Source: Chrysemys picta bellii
Lineage: Eukaryota
Assembly (NCBI RefSeq): GCF_011386835.1
Contig: NC_088810.1
Coordinates: forward strand, 19,654,001 to 19,718,000
Reading direction: 5' to 3'
Length of the DNA stretch: 64,000 nucleotides
The notes below the pieces were generated by a model. That model searched no databases and had not been told where the DNA came from. It worked only from the letters and a program-made list of their open reading frames with translations. Both the position numbers and the translations under genes were made by a program. This document shows, in pieces, positions 1 to 12,344 of this stretch. Position 1 is the stretch's first letter. Every line of letters begins with the position of its first letter.

Positions 1-2221
1 TCCGGCTTGGAACCTGCCAGGAGACAGGCAGCCCCTTTGGGCTCGGATTGACCCGGCTGCTGCTCCCCCAGCTCTGGGGGATGCAGGCTGAAAGTCCCAT
101 GAACCAGCCGGGCCCAACACTGATGCTTCCATGGCTAGTGTAGCCCAGGGTTTGTCCAATTCTCAGTCTGTGTGGGCACTGTTCCCATGCGATAGGTCTT
201 GCCCTGCTGTTGCCCGGGCTGACCTGCGGTCTCCGAGGCTCAGGCTGGCACCTCCTGCCAACACTGAGCAGGGCCATCTGTTTGGCAATCTCTGAGGAGC
301 TGCACCCATGGGAGAAGGCTGGGGCATGAAAGATGGGGAGCTTCTAGCAGCCAGGGAGCAGTGGATGGGGCGCAAGATAGTGAGGTGCTGCTGGCAGGCA
401 TGGGGAGCTGTGGATGGACACAGAGCAAGAATCGGAGGAGCTGTGTCTCCTGAGAGCCACAAAAGATCCCCAGCCCGGGGCAATAATTGATTAATGAGCC
501 AGCAACTACCAGGGCATAACAGGAATCGATGCCAGCCAGCTGCTGTCAGCCTCTTTTGTCACTCTCAGCCAGTCCCTCGGCTCCGATGGACGCTGGATTG
601 ATTTCACCTATAGATCGCCGGGATCTGGACGTGGCAAGGGTGGTCAGTGACTTCTCAGCCATTGGAAGAGCAGTCCTCAGGGAACAGGCCCATGCTCTGA
701 AAACCACTTTAGGATCTGGAGCCTTTTGTCCTCAGCGCACCCGTTCCCATCCAGGTTAGCAGTGGCTGGAGGATGACCCCATCTGGCAGCCCGAGTGAGA
801 GTTTGGTGGGTCTCAGACCTGTGCCCAAAGTATCCCTCAGGGTAAGGAAGAGACAAGCGGGGGCTGTAATGGACACAAACCGGAGCAGGATCTGGCCTCA
901 GCCTGGCCCGGTGGTTCTCTCTGGCACTCCAGTTCCTGGCCCAGGACTGCTCAACCCTGGGGATGCTGATCCCACCTCACCAAAACCACCACTGGCCCCT
1001 GCTACCGTCAGTCCCAGAGCTCTGCCCCCATGCACAGAGCTCTGCCCCGGGGCGTTCATGCTCTGACCATCAGCCAATGGGAGCGTTGACTCCTCTGAGT
1101 CAGAAACTGGCACCCTCTGCAGAGAGCCCAATCGAATGGGTTTTGGAGACTAGACCTGCCTTTTGCCCCTTTGTGGCAGGTAGAAAAATAGCAGCTAACA
1201 CACACGTCTCTTTTGGTCCATTCACAGATTCCTGGAAACAGAGGCCAGATCTTCAGGCCGCCGGCTGCTCTGTCGCATCCCAGAGGTGGGAGTGAGAGAT
1301 TGACGCACACCCTGTAAAGCACAGCTCGCCCCGTACAGATGTGTCTCCGCATTGCTCTGCAAGCGCGAGGGTGGGCTGGAATTCGCCCACGTGCATCCAC
1401 CCGGGATGACACCAATACCATGCAAGAGAGGCAGTATCCTTAGATGCTGCTGGCTGTCAGGGAATGAAAAGCCCTCGGGGGGAATCTTACCCTGTAACAG
1501 CCAGGGCTAAGGCCGAACTTGCACCCCAGCAGGAGAGCACCTGTGTTTGGAGTCACGGCACGGAAGAGCTTGGAGGCTCCGTATTAAACTTCCACCCACA
1601 CCAGCAACAGATTATCTTTAAGAGCTGAATTCAACTACAGGAGCACTTCTCCCAGCTGGGGAGGTGACAGCCACCAAATTGAGCCAGCCAATGAGATGCA
1701 AGCTAGAATAGTTACCTCCTCAGACCCAGTCCTGATTGGCTGATCAGAGATGCACAGGTGCCTGTTCACTCCTGTGAATCTGGCCCATCTCTAGGGCTAG
1801 TGGAACCACTGGGAAAGCAGAGGGGAGCTACCGGCTCCTCCCACTGGAGATTTGGAAGCGAGAGTCGACCCGAACTCTTTCTGTAACTGTGGGACATTTG
1901 TCGCCAGAGGAGCCGTCCCTATTGAGTCTCACCAGCCCAAGCCACGAAGGAGTTAACTGCCGCTCCATGAAGAAGGAATAAAGTTCCCTGAGCCAGAAGA
2001 AGGTGGTTCTTGTTAAATCCAGAGCAGAAGCCGGGCAGCTCCAGTTTAGCGGCGTCTCCATCCAAGCAGCAAAACATGCTCAGGGTCTCCGAGCCCTGCC
2101 ACAGTCTGGGAGGAGCTTGGCTTCCCGGGGACGAGCCGGATTCGGCCCCCTGGGTCCCAGCTGCTCACGTCTCAGTAAGGCTGCTGTGCAGATTCTGGGT
2201 GGGAATGCCCAAGCCTCCGAT

Positions 2222-2797
2222 ATGAACGCCACTTTCCGCATGAAGGTCAGTGAGCTGCTCGAGCCGGGGTCGCCCGCCGTGGGCAACCAGAGCCGTGGGC
2301 AGCCTTGGGAGGAGGTGGAGGTCTCGCCTGGCGGTGGAGCCAACACCAGCCTGCCTGGCGAGGAGGTCTTCCTGCTGCCCACGTTCTCCACTGCTGCCAA
2401 GGTCCGGGTAGGCATCACTTTCGTCCTCTTCCTCTCCTCGGCCTGCTTCAACATCGCCATGCTGTGGACCGTCACCCAGAAGTACCGCAAGAGGCCGCAC
2501 ATCCGCATCCTCATTGTCAACCTGGCCGCGGCCGACCTGCTGGTGACCTTTGTGGTGATGCCCTTGGACGCAGCCTGGAACATCACGGTGCAGTGGTATG
2601 CGGGCGACCTGGCCTGCCGGGCCCTCATGTTCCTCAAGCTGGTGGCCATGTATGCCCCAGCCTTCATCACCGTGGTGATCAGCCTGGACCGCCAGGCGGC
2701 CATCTTGCACCCACTGAGCATGGGCGATGCCAAGAAGAAGAACAAGACCATGCTGTGCGTGGCCTGGGCCCTGAGCGTGCTGCTGGCACTACCTCAG
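2222..2797 (+). CDS. GNRHR2: GnRH receptor type II, coding exon 1 (N-terminus to TM4)
   Basis: ATG at 2222 gives MNATF...; sequons NAT/NQS/NTS; GnRHR motifs NLAAADLLVTFVVMPLDAAWN, LKLVAMY and SLDRQ; ends LALPQ|GTAGGT (phase 0). Confidence 0.93.
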
Positions 2798-3030
2798 GTA
2801 GGTCACCATGGCAACGGTGCAGGTAGGGAAGGACCGTGGAATGGACCCCGGGACAAGCTTCCCATGGTGCAGCCTCCTTTTGCCATGGCATTTGTGGTAC
2901 TGCCAGGGTCTGGTTTAGGTAGAAAGGCCTCTGATGCACGGTGGTGTGGGGGGAATAGATTGGATGGGCCAATGACCTGATGTAGCATGGGCAGGATACA
3001 GGAATACCAAACTAGATGGATCAGCTATGG

Positions 3031-3250
3031 CAGTGGCTCTCAAACTTTTTTGTACTGGTGACCCCTTTCACATAGCAAGCCTCTCAGTGCGACCCCCCCT
3101 TATAAATGAACACTTTTTGATATATTTAATACCATTATAAATGCTAGAGACAAAGCAGGTTTGGGGTGGAGGTTGACAGCTCACGACCCCCCCCATATAA
3201 TAACCTCGTGACCCCCTGCAGGGACCTGACCCCCAGTTTGAGAACCCCTG
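3031..3250. mobile_element. hAT-type non-autonomous DNA transposon (MITE) in GNRHR2 intron 1
   Basis: Terminal inverted repeats CAGTGGCTCTCAAACT / AGTTTGAGAACCCCTG; 8-bp flanks agctatgg / agctatag (7/8 TSD). Confidence 0.8.
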
Positions 3251-3543
3251 AGCTATAGGGATATAAGACGAGACAGGTCAATGGTTTGGTGATGTACAGC
3301 CAGGACACCAGCCTGCGGGCAATGGATCTGGGGTGGGCAGAGGAGGAGCGAAATGGACAGTATGGACTGGAGGTGGCCTAGATAGATGGATCCGGTATGG
3401 GCCAGAGGCAGGGATGCTGGAACACTGGTTCAATGGGCAGGAATACGAGGCTGGATGGCCACTGCTGTGTCCAGGGTGTAGCTCCTGTGGGGGTGCCGAG
3501 ATCTAACTGTTTCTCCGGGCCGGGCGGGGGGCGTCTCTTCCAG

Positions 3544-3748
3544 ATGTTTGTCTTCCACGCAGTGAGCCGCTCTCAGCCCATCTACTTCATCCAGTGCGCC
3601 ACGGTGGGCAGCTTCCAAGCCCACTGGCAGGAGACCCTCTACAACATGTTCACCTTCTCCTGCCTCTTTCTGCTGCCGCTGCTCATCATGGTGCTGTGCT
3701 ACTCCCGCATCCTCATCGAGATCTCTGGCAAGATGAAGAGAGCTTGCG
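3544..3748 (+). CDS. GNRHR2: GnRH receptor type II, coding exon 2 (ECL2-TM5)
   Basis: ctcttccag|ATGTTT acceptor; MFVFHAVSRSQPIYFIQCATVGSF...WQETLYNMFTFSCLFLLPLLIMVLCYSRI; 205 nt; donor G|GTGAGC (phase 1). Confidence 0.93.
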
Positions 3749-3856
3749 GTGAGCCCGGCCTGCCTCTCGTGTCCCCCGGCCCTCGCCCGCAGGCTCCCAG
3801 CATGCATGGACCCCCCCTGTTCACTGCAGCAGGGGGTCTGCATGGGGGGACCGGTC

Positions 3857-3857
3857 T

Positions 3858-3888
<31 letters not shown>
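3857..3888. repeat. (TG)12(CG)4 microsatellite in GNRHR2 intron 2
   Basis: Read directly from the sequence. Confidence 0.95.
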
Positions 3889-3889
<1 letters not shown>

Positions 3890-4498
3890 ATGTGAGGACA
3901 TGCATGTGTGCACCATATACACCAATGAGTGCACCTCTCCCTATCCATCCAACCCCACACATCTTTCCATCCATCTTCCTCCTCTGCCTCTCCCCAAGGG
4001 AAAATCAATCCCAGTCCCCCAGCACTTAGCTGCAGAGAACCGTCCCCTTCATGTCCCCCCGCACTCCGGCTGTGGCAGGCCCTGGCTCGGTGCCCCGTGC
4101 AGAACACCCCGCCTCCCCCTGGGCGCCACCCGCTGCCATGGGTGGCCTGCCACGGCTCATTAAGCCAGGCAGCCAGGAACCAGTCCCCAGCTGCCCTCCA
4201 CCCTGGGCATTTCTCCAGCTCTGGGAGGCTGCAGGGACTTGTGCCAGCACTCATACACACAGGCTTGGAACATGGGGACCCTCACTCTTTTTCTCCTGCC
4301 TTTCCCATTCTGCCCTTCTCATTGGATTTCCCCTCCTCCCTCTGCTCAGTTTCTTTCTTGTTCTCATTCTCCTGCGCTCCTTTCCTCGTTCTCTTCCAAG
4401 CGCTCTGCTTCACCCTGCAGAATTTCCCTCCGTGTCTCCCCTCTCATTCTCTGTTCCCTCCCTCCCTTCTTATTCTCTCTCCTCCCTCTGCCCTGCAG

Positions 4499-4989
4499 TC
4501 TCCTCCAAGGAGGTCCACCTCCGCCGCTCCTACAACAACATCCCCCGGGCCAGGATGCGCACCCTGAAGATGTCCATTGTCATCGTGCTGACCTTCGTCC
4601 TGTGCTGGACTCCCTACTACCTCCTGGGCCTCTGGTACTGGTTCTCCCCAGAGATGCTGAGCCGGAAGAAGGTGCCTCCATCCCTCAGCCACATCCTCTT
4701 CCTCTTCGGCCTCTTCAATGCCTGCCTGGACCCCCTCATCTACGGCCTCTTCACCATGCACTTCCGCAGGGAGATCCGGCTCGTCTGCCGCTGTACCCAC
4801 CGCAGGAAGGAGCAGGCCTCCACGCCGATTGGCTCCTTCCGGGCCTCCACCACGGCCGCGCCCATCAGGAGTGCCGGAGAGGACCAGGGGGGCTCGGGCA
4901 AGTACGAACTGGAGGTGACGGCTAATGTGGCCCTGCCTGCTGGGAGGTGTGAACTGTGCAGGAAGAAGATAGTGGAGAGCTTCATATGA
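4499..4989 (+). CDS. GNRHR2: GnRH receptor type II, coding exon 3 (ICL3-TM7 and C-terminal tail)
   Basis: Long polypyrimidine tract then ctgcag|TC; RARMRTLKMS, CWTPYYLLGLWYWF, VPPSLSH, NACLDPLIYG; TGA ends at 4989. Spliced CDS is 1272 nt = 423 aa with no frameshift. Convergent with RBM8A, as for human GNRHR2. Confidence 0.93.
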
Positions 4990-5100
4990 GTGGACCTTTG
5001 CCACACCTGGCTTCCCAGCAAGGGGGAGAGCCCAGTGGGACCCCCATAACGTGCCCAGTGGGGGCTACTGGGCAATTGTTCCTTTACTCAAGCACTCACC

Positions 5101-5106
5101 AATAAA
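5101..5106 (+). terminator. Candidate GNRHR2 polyadenylation signal
   Basis: AATAAA about 110 nt after the stop codon. Confidence 0.55.
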
Positions 5107-5289
5107 TCTAGATTATTTTCTCAGCCGGTGGCCTCTCCTTGATCCCCTCCCTTTGTGCCAATCAGTCTCTCGCTACCCAGAGGTGCGCCAGGCTGCACAC
5201 TCCCCAGCTGGCATGGGTGGAGGTGGACACAGAGAACGGACTGCCGTGGGCTTCTGCTCCTTGGAAAAGTCGCCACTAAAAGTCTGCTA

Positions 5290-5480
5290 GCAGGGTGGCC
5301 TAGTGGACACATCCCTGACTCAGGAGACCCAGGGTTTATTCCCAGCTCCGCTGCTGGGTGACCTTGAGCAAGCCACTTTGCCCTCTCTGTGCCTCAGTTT
5401 CTCCATCTGTGAAATGGGGAGAAGGCTCCTGACCTCCTTTGGAAAGTGCTTTGAAATCTACTGAAGACAAGAGCTAGGGA
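5290..5480 (+). mobile_element. CORE/MIR-like tRNA-derived SINE (one example of many copies)
   Basis: Contains tgaccttgagcaagccactttgccctctctgtgcctcagtttctccatctgtgaaatgggga, the CORE-SINE core. Similar copies near 9130-9360, 9900-10030, 22520-22680, 22810-23030, 24690-24830, 38560-38840, 44400-44610, 53060-53220, 54640-54880 and 56030-56200. Confidence 0.7.
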
Positions 5481-6816
5481 GTATTGTTATTTTCCAGATC
5501 CACCTCCCCACTCAAACACACACAAGAAGGAACCTGGGCTCCTGCTCTCGAGAGGCGATCCCCAAGTTTGCACTTCCATGATACCGTCCCCCACCAAATA
5601 CACCAGTCAGTTCCTGAGTGCAGAAAGCCTCTGCTCCCCCAACAGAAACAGGGAAGGGGGGGGCCGGGTCCTGGTACATTTCCAAGGGGTTCCCCCTACC
5701 CAATAACTCCCGTCAGTCAGTGTGTGAACTAGTGGTCAGAGGAGAATGACAGGACTCCTGGGTTCTAGACACCCTCAGTGACAGAGATGGATGTCAACAC
5801 TGCAATTTTATAGCCCCGCGAACCCAGGTCAGCTGACCCGCACAAGCCGTGGCTGTGGCATGCATCTTTCACCGTAGCGTAGACGTACCCTGGTGGTGCG
5901 GTCTCAGCCTTTTCCCATCCTTAAGTCTAATGCAGCAGGAAACTGATGGGCTCTCGTGGTCGAAAAGAAACGGTTGGCCCCAAGCAGAGCAACCCAGCAA
6001 CTGACAGGCAGGATAGTCTAGTGGTTAAGGCACTAGTCTAGGATCCAAGACACATGGGCTCATATCCCTGTTCTGCCACAGACTTCCTGTGTGTGCTTGA
6101 GCAGCTCGCTTAGCCCTTCTGTACACAGCAACTAATAGTCCTAGCCTGTCTCCCAGGAGGGTTGTGCAAAGAGATACATTGAAGGTTTTTCGATATTATA
6201 GTGATAGAAGTCAGATAAGGACCTTAGATAGAACCTATAAATCTCCATGCCCTAGAGGCTGGGCTTTTCTTTTTGGGGGTTTATTAATTTCATTTTTGGA
6301 GGGTTATTTTTAGGAATTTTTGAGCTCTACGTAGGTTTTTCAGGGTTCTCTCTCTGTAGGTACACAAAGTACTGTTTCAAAGAGCACTAAATTAAAGCAA
6401 ATCAGGGAACCTTTAGTGCAACCCAGCAGGGTCTACACCAGTTAATTCGTAACACGTTACTGGGCCTTAGAAATCACACTCACTGTAGTCCACACTACTG
6501 CTCCATTAGACAAGCCCTTGATGCAAGCCAGGGAGCAGGGACGTTACCTGTACAAACTGCACTGGACAAGGGGTGCAGACAATACTGAAAACCATTTCCA
6601 GTGTTTACCATATAAACACCAATTCTGATTGTATTGGGGGTGCTTATCCGTTAAAATATAAAACCATACGCTCTACCCACAGGCTGGACAAAGACTAACC
6701 TCTGCTTGAGAATGAAACCCATGCATCTGATGTCCCATCAACTGAAACACACAGCCTCCCTTACAGATACAGGCAGTCAACAGAAGAGGGCTTTTTTTAA
6801 AAAAAAAAAGCAGACT

Positions 6817-6822
6817 TTTATT
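6817..6822 (-). terminator. Candidate proximal RBM8A polyadenylation signal
   Basis: AATAAA on the - strand about 310 nt after the stop, followed by a U-rich tract; further minus-strand AATAAA at 6280-6285 and 5335-5340. Confidence 0.55.
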
Positions 6823-7130
6823 CAGTATTTATGGGTAACATTTCTCCTTCAAAATGAGAGCCCCCTTCAGCATCACTGGATGAGTTCTCTCATTTGAGGT
6901 GTCTGAGGTCAAAAGGAGATCAAGCGTCTTAACACAAATCAAGAACTTTACAGATGCTGTCAAAAATATGACCAAGAACTCATAGGTAAAAATGCAGCAC
7001 AATTAAAAACCCAGAAAGAGATCGAGGCAGGAGTCTGCACAGCCGGCTTACGAGAGACCTTCTGCTTCTAGAGCTATGCAGGGAGAATTTACACCTAGGA
7101 ACCATCAAAAGGAAATGGAGAAATGTGAGA

Positions 7131-7176
7131 TCAGCGTCGTCTCCTGTCCGGACTCCTGCTCCGCCTACGCCCGCCC
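7131..7176 (-). CDS. RBM8A: RNA-binding protein 8A (Y14, exon junction complex core), exon 6
   Basis: ttccag|GGGCGGGCGT... encodes (R)GGRRRSRSPDRRRR*; 46 nt. Confidence 0.96.
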
Positions 7177-8256
7177 CTGGAAGACAGACAGACAGGGACA
7201 GAGTTAGATATATGCTAGCCTGAGCTAACATCTCGAAAGATTTGAACGCTATCGACGACTTCTATGCACAAGGACCATGTTCCTTGCCAAAGACATGCAG
7301 CCAGCTCCGGAGTGGAAGCTGGCAGGTGTTTAATAATGCAGAGCAACAGGAAAATATTCTCTTAAAGCTCATGCACAGACCTCAGTGCGCTTCACTAAAG
7401 GTATGTAAGTCGGGTTCTCGTTTTACAGAAACTGAGGCACAGAGCCCTTAAATGACTTGCCCAAAGTCACATGCGTCAATGGCTGGGTCCAGACCAGTAA
7501 GATCTCTCGACAGCCAACCTCCTGCTCAGACCATTAAAGAACTGAAGAACACAATCCAACAGAATTCCCGATTGGCGAGAATTATTCATGATCCACTGGA
7601 CATTTAGCCCAGGGTTAACATTCCTGTTCTTGAATTTTTCATGATCTCAAGCGGTCAGGCCTTCAATTTCACCCCTCAGCAGAAACGTCAGAATCCTAAA
7701 CCACGGAAGCGCTCTAAAGCATCGTTTTACTACAGGGCGTTTCCCAGAGTGCCGTTCCTGGACGCAGGCGGCACAGACTCTGTGACATTTCCTGCCCTAC
7801 TTCAGGCAGTTCCTTTGTCTGTAGCACAAAGACCATTTTCCTCTGGGAAAATCTGTTCCCAGGAATTTCGAAACGAGGTCCCAACGTCTCCGGATGAAAA
7901 GCACGGAGGCTAAGGTGAAAGCCCCTAGAGCATGCACATGGACTGAATGCAGGAACTTCACGCAGCAGCTCCAGGTAAAAGAGGGAGAGAATCACTCCGT
8001 GGGAAAGAATTTCCAGTTGGTCTAACTTAAAATCCTGTTTGTTATTTAGTGGCTTCAGGGCTCTCAATCCATCACGTTCCACCAGCACTAGAAAGCCCTA
8101 GGCAAGTGTTCTCCACACTGCCATGGAGGGTCTCCCTTTGTGAGGGAGCCTGAGGCTAGCTCAGACTCCATGACTCACTCAATCCTCGGTATCTCTGATG
8201 AGACTGCCAAGCTGAGGACCAAGCCGGTGTCAGCCCTCAACCTTGGCTGTATCTTA

Positions 8257-8418
<162 letters not shown>

Positions 8419-9357
8419 TCAGTCAGCGAGTGGCCCAGTGGGGGGCTTAGCGAACACGCCAGAGGCTGGGCCAGCCTTGAGAGCAGATCACAGAAACCGA
8501 CCGATAGCCTCCAGTACACTCGGCTCCACTGTTGGCATCAGGAACGCTGTCAACAGTGGCAGGAGAAATACCGACTTGGCAGTAAGTGGAGTAAATAGAG
8601 TGGGCCCTACCATAAATAGAGATGTTCAATTAAACACACACACAAGCTTCCCCAAACTAGTGCCTTGAACTGTTAGTTTTAACCAGAAAGGGATTTAATA
8701 GAGAAGGGGGCATTAACTATTACACTGATATGTCCCCTCCCCCTTCAGTAGGGCTTCCCTGGTGAGCTCAAAGCACATTAGTTAAGACAAAGCAGATTAA
8801 TTAAAGCCTCACCGGCCTTTGTTTGCGGTATTCTCCTCAATTTAGAGACAGAGACCCAGAGAGCTGAAGCGACCTACCTCAGGTCACACAGCAATTCAGA
8901 GTCCAAGCAGCCCCCTCCTGCTCTAACCAATAGATTACCCTGCCCCCATCAAAGCTGCGAACACAACCCCAGAGCCCCTGGCTCCCAGCCCTGTGCTGTT
9001 TCTTTTCCTCTCCCAATTGCATGGGGGCAATTTCATCTGTATGGCTGCCTAGCTTGCCTGGTCCCCATTACCACAGTATCCAAGCCCCATGCAATCTGTA
9101 AGGTATTTATCCTCACACTCCCCTCCCCCCACTCCTCCGGCATGAGGTAGGGCAGCGTTGCTATCCCCATTATGCAGACGAAGCACAAAGACACTAAGGC
9201 TCACGTCCTCAAAGGTGTTCAGGTGCCTTGCACCTATTGAAACCAATGGGCGTTAGGAGCCTACATACTTTTGTGGATCTGGGCCTAAGTGACCTGCCCG
9301 AGGCCACACACCAAGTCTGTGGCAGAGCAGGGAATTGAGCCAAAGGGGAATGCCCTA

Positions 9358-9789
<432 letters not shown>

Positions 9790-10173
9790 TCACTCTATTT
9801 ATCCACACAGTGCGGATGGTCTGGGCACAATGTACATGTCATTATAACGATACTCCTTAGCTCGTATATGGCGCTTTTCATCAGTCGATCGCAAACATTT
9901 TTTTTACAGATGAGGAAACCAAAGTGCAAAGAGTTGAAGTGACTTGCCAAAGGTCATCCCACAGACCAGTGGCAGAGCTAGGAAATAGAACCTAGGTCTC
10001 CTGAATCCCAGTCCAGTGCTCTATCCACTACACCCCACTGTCTCTCGGAATAGAACTGGTTCCTCCCCATCTTTAAAGCAACCCCACAGCATGATGTCCT
10101 GTGCAAGCAACCCCACGCGGCCAACGCTGGGTGACCACACATGCTAAACCAAACATCTCCAGCAGATACTCAC

Positions 10174-10251
10174 ATCTCTGAGGCCCAGGTTCATCCCCAT
10201 CTTGTTCCACGCTGTCATAGTCCTCACGTACTCTGGCCCTCGAACCTTCCT
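10174..10251 (-). CDS. RBM8A: RBM8A exon 3
   Basis: [25 protein letters not shown]; ccag| acceptor and |GTGAGT donor; 78 nt. Confidence 0.96.
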
Positions 10252-10866
10252 CTGGCCACACAATGGGGGGAGACAAAGATCTTTTTAGATGACTAGAAAC
10301 ATTTATTATGCTAGTGCTTAGGGACCAGCCAAGGACACAGCCCCATTGTGCTAAGCACTGCACACACAGTGGCAGACAATTCCTGCCCTGAAGGGTTTAC
10401 AGTCTAAATACATTTAACTATGTATTCTAGCTGTTCTAAGCACTGCTAGGCACACACGCATGTCCCTGCATTTACGCTTTACAGCACATACAATCCTGTT
10501 GAGTGACACAAGTCCAGCAGTTAAAACAGTGATAAGAATCAGACTCCTGGTGACCTTGGCCAAGTTGTGTCACCCTGGTATATAAGTTGGAGGGGTCTAT
10601 TTTACAGATGGGGGAAACTGAGGCAAAGGGAGCTGAAATGACTTGCCAAAGGGCAGAGCAAGTCAGTGACCGAGTCCCAGATGGAACCCAGGAGTCCGGA
10701 TTCCCATCCTAAAACACACTCCTGGGGCTTAAGCCATCGGGCAGTTTCTGTTTAGAAGCAGCCAGGTGACTCCAGTAAGTAGCCAGACCGTTCCAGTTAA
10801 CTACATGACACAGGAGGCTCCTCCGGATTCACACAGTAACTCAATTGTTCATAACAAGATCTTCAC

Positions 10867-10926
10867 CTGAACCAAACCCTCGGCCTTTCCTCTTCTTTGC
10901 TTTCTCCTTCAGTTTGTGGATGCTTT
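10867..10926 (-). CDS. RBM8A: RBM8A exon 2
   Basis: (E)SIHKLKEKAKKRKGRGFGS; gcag| acceptor and |GTGAAG donor; 60 nt; not in the ORF track. Confidence 0.95.
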
Positions 10927-11084
10927 CTGCGGAGAAGTTCAATGTGTTAATTTCAACTGGAAGGAGGTCTGAAACAGGCCATTTGTGGTAGAAGGGGGAG
11001 GGGGTGTCAATGTTATCGGATCAGAACCAGGCTCGACCCAGATGGTGCAAGTTTCAGAACAACCCCAAGGCAGGGACAAACTTG

Positions 11085-12300
11085 GGTCAGAACCGGGTGA
11101 GCTGGGCACAGAGGGTGGCAGGGTCAGAATCTGTCGGGGGCGGGGACAGGACTCGGGTCAGAACTGGGTGAGCTGGGCACGGGGGGAGGCCGGCTCAGAA
11201 CCTGTCGGGGGCGGGGACAGGACTGAGAACCGGGTGAGCCGGGCACGGGGGGAGGCCGGGTCAGAGCCGGGCGGGGCGGGGACAGGACTGAGAACAGGCT
11301 GAGCCGGGCACGGGGGGAGGCCGGGTCAGAGCCGGGTGGGGATGGGGACAGGACTCGGGTCAGAACCGGGGGAGCCGGGCACGGGGGAGGCCGGGTCAGA
11401 GCCGGGCGGGGTTGGGGCGGGGACAGGACTGAGAACCGGGGGAGCCGGGCACGGGGGAGGCCGGGTCAGAACCGGGCGGGGTTGGGGCGGGGAGAGGACT
11501 GAGAACCGGGGGAGCCGGGCACGGGGGAGGCCGGGTCAGAGCCGGGCGGGGTTGGGGCGGGGACAGGACTGAGAACCGGGGGAGCCTGGCACGGGGGAGG
11601 CCGGGTCAGAGCCGGGCGGGGGCGGGGGCGGGGACAGGACTCGGGTCAGAGCCGGGCGGGGGCGGGGACAGGGCTGAGAACGGGGGGAGCTGGGCACGGG
11701 GGAGGCCGGGTCAGAGCCTGTCGGGGGCGGGGACAGGACTCGGGTCAGAGCCGGGCGGGGCGGGGACAGGACTGAGAACCGGGGGAGCCGGGCACGGGGG
11801 AGCCCGGGTCAGAACCGGGCGGGGGCGGGGCCAGGACTCGGGTCAGAACCGGGGGAGCCGGGCACGGGGGGAGGCCGGGTCAGAGCCGGGCGGGGCGGGG
11901 GCGGGACTGAGAACCGGGGGAGCCGGGCACGGGGGGAGGCCGGGTCAGAGCCGGGCGGGGCGGGGGCGGGACTGAGAACCGGGGGAGCCGGGCACGGGGG
12001 GAGGCCGGGTCAGAGCAGGGCGGGGTTGGGGCGGGACTGAGAACCGGGGGAGCCGGGCACGGGGGGAGGCCGGGTCAGAGCCGGGCGGGGCGGGGGCGGG
12101 ACTGAGAACCGGGGGAGCCGGGCACGGGGGGAGGCCGGGTCAGAGCAGGGCGGGGTTGGGGCGGGGGCGGGACTGAGAACCGGGGGAGCCGGGCACGGGG
12201 GGAGGACGGGCCAGAGACGGGTGGGGGCGGGACTGAGAACGGGGGGAGGCCGGGCCAGAACCAGCCCGGGCCTGGGGCTCGGAACCGGACAAGGCCCAGT
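11085..12300. repeat. G-rich minisatellite (VNTR) in RBM8A intron 1, unit about 65 bp, about 17-19 copies
   Basis: Unit GAGAACCGGGGGAGCCGGGCACGGGGGGAGGCCGGGTCAGAGCCGGGCGGGGCGGGGGCGGGACT; GAGAACC recurs at 11909, 11974, 12039, 12104 (65-bp steps); degenerates towards 11085. Confidence 0.95.
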
Positions 12301-12344
12301 TGGGGGGCGGGGCTCGGCCCGGTGTCTGCCCGGGCCCCCATTAC

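Noticed and set aside
2003-2221. 73-codon N-terminal extension of the GNRHR ORF in the track
   Set aside because: It starts at GTG, has no in-frame ATG and no receptor-like features; ATG 2222 gives a typical glycosylated N-terminus.
4051-4498. N-terminal part of the 312-aa ORF 4051-4989
   Set aside because: Intron 2 sequence (pyrimidine tract) read through in frame; the real exon starts at the 4499 acceptor.
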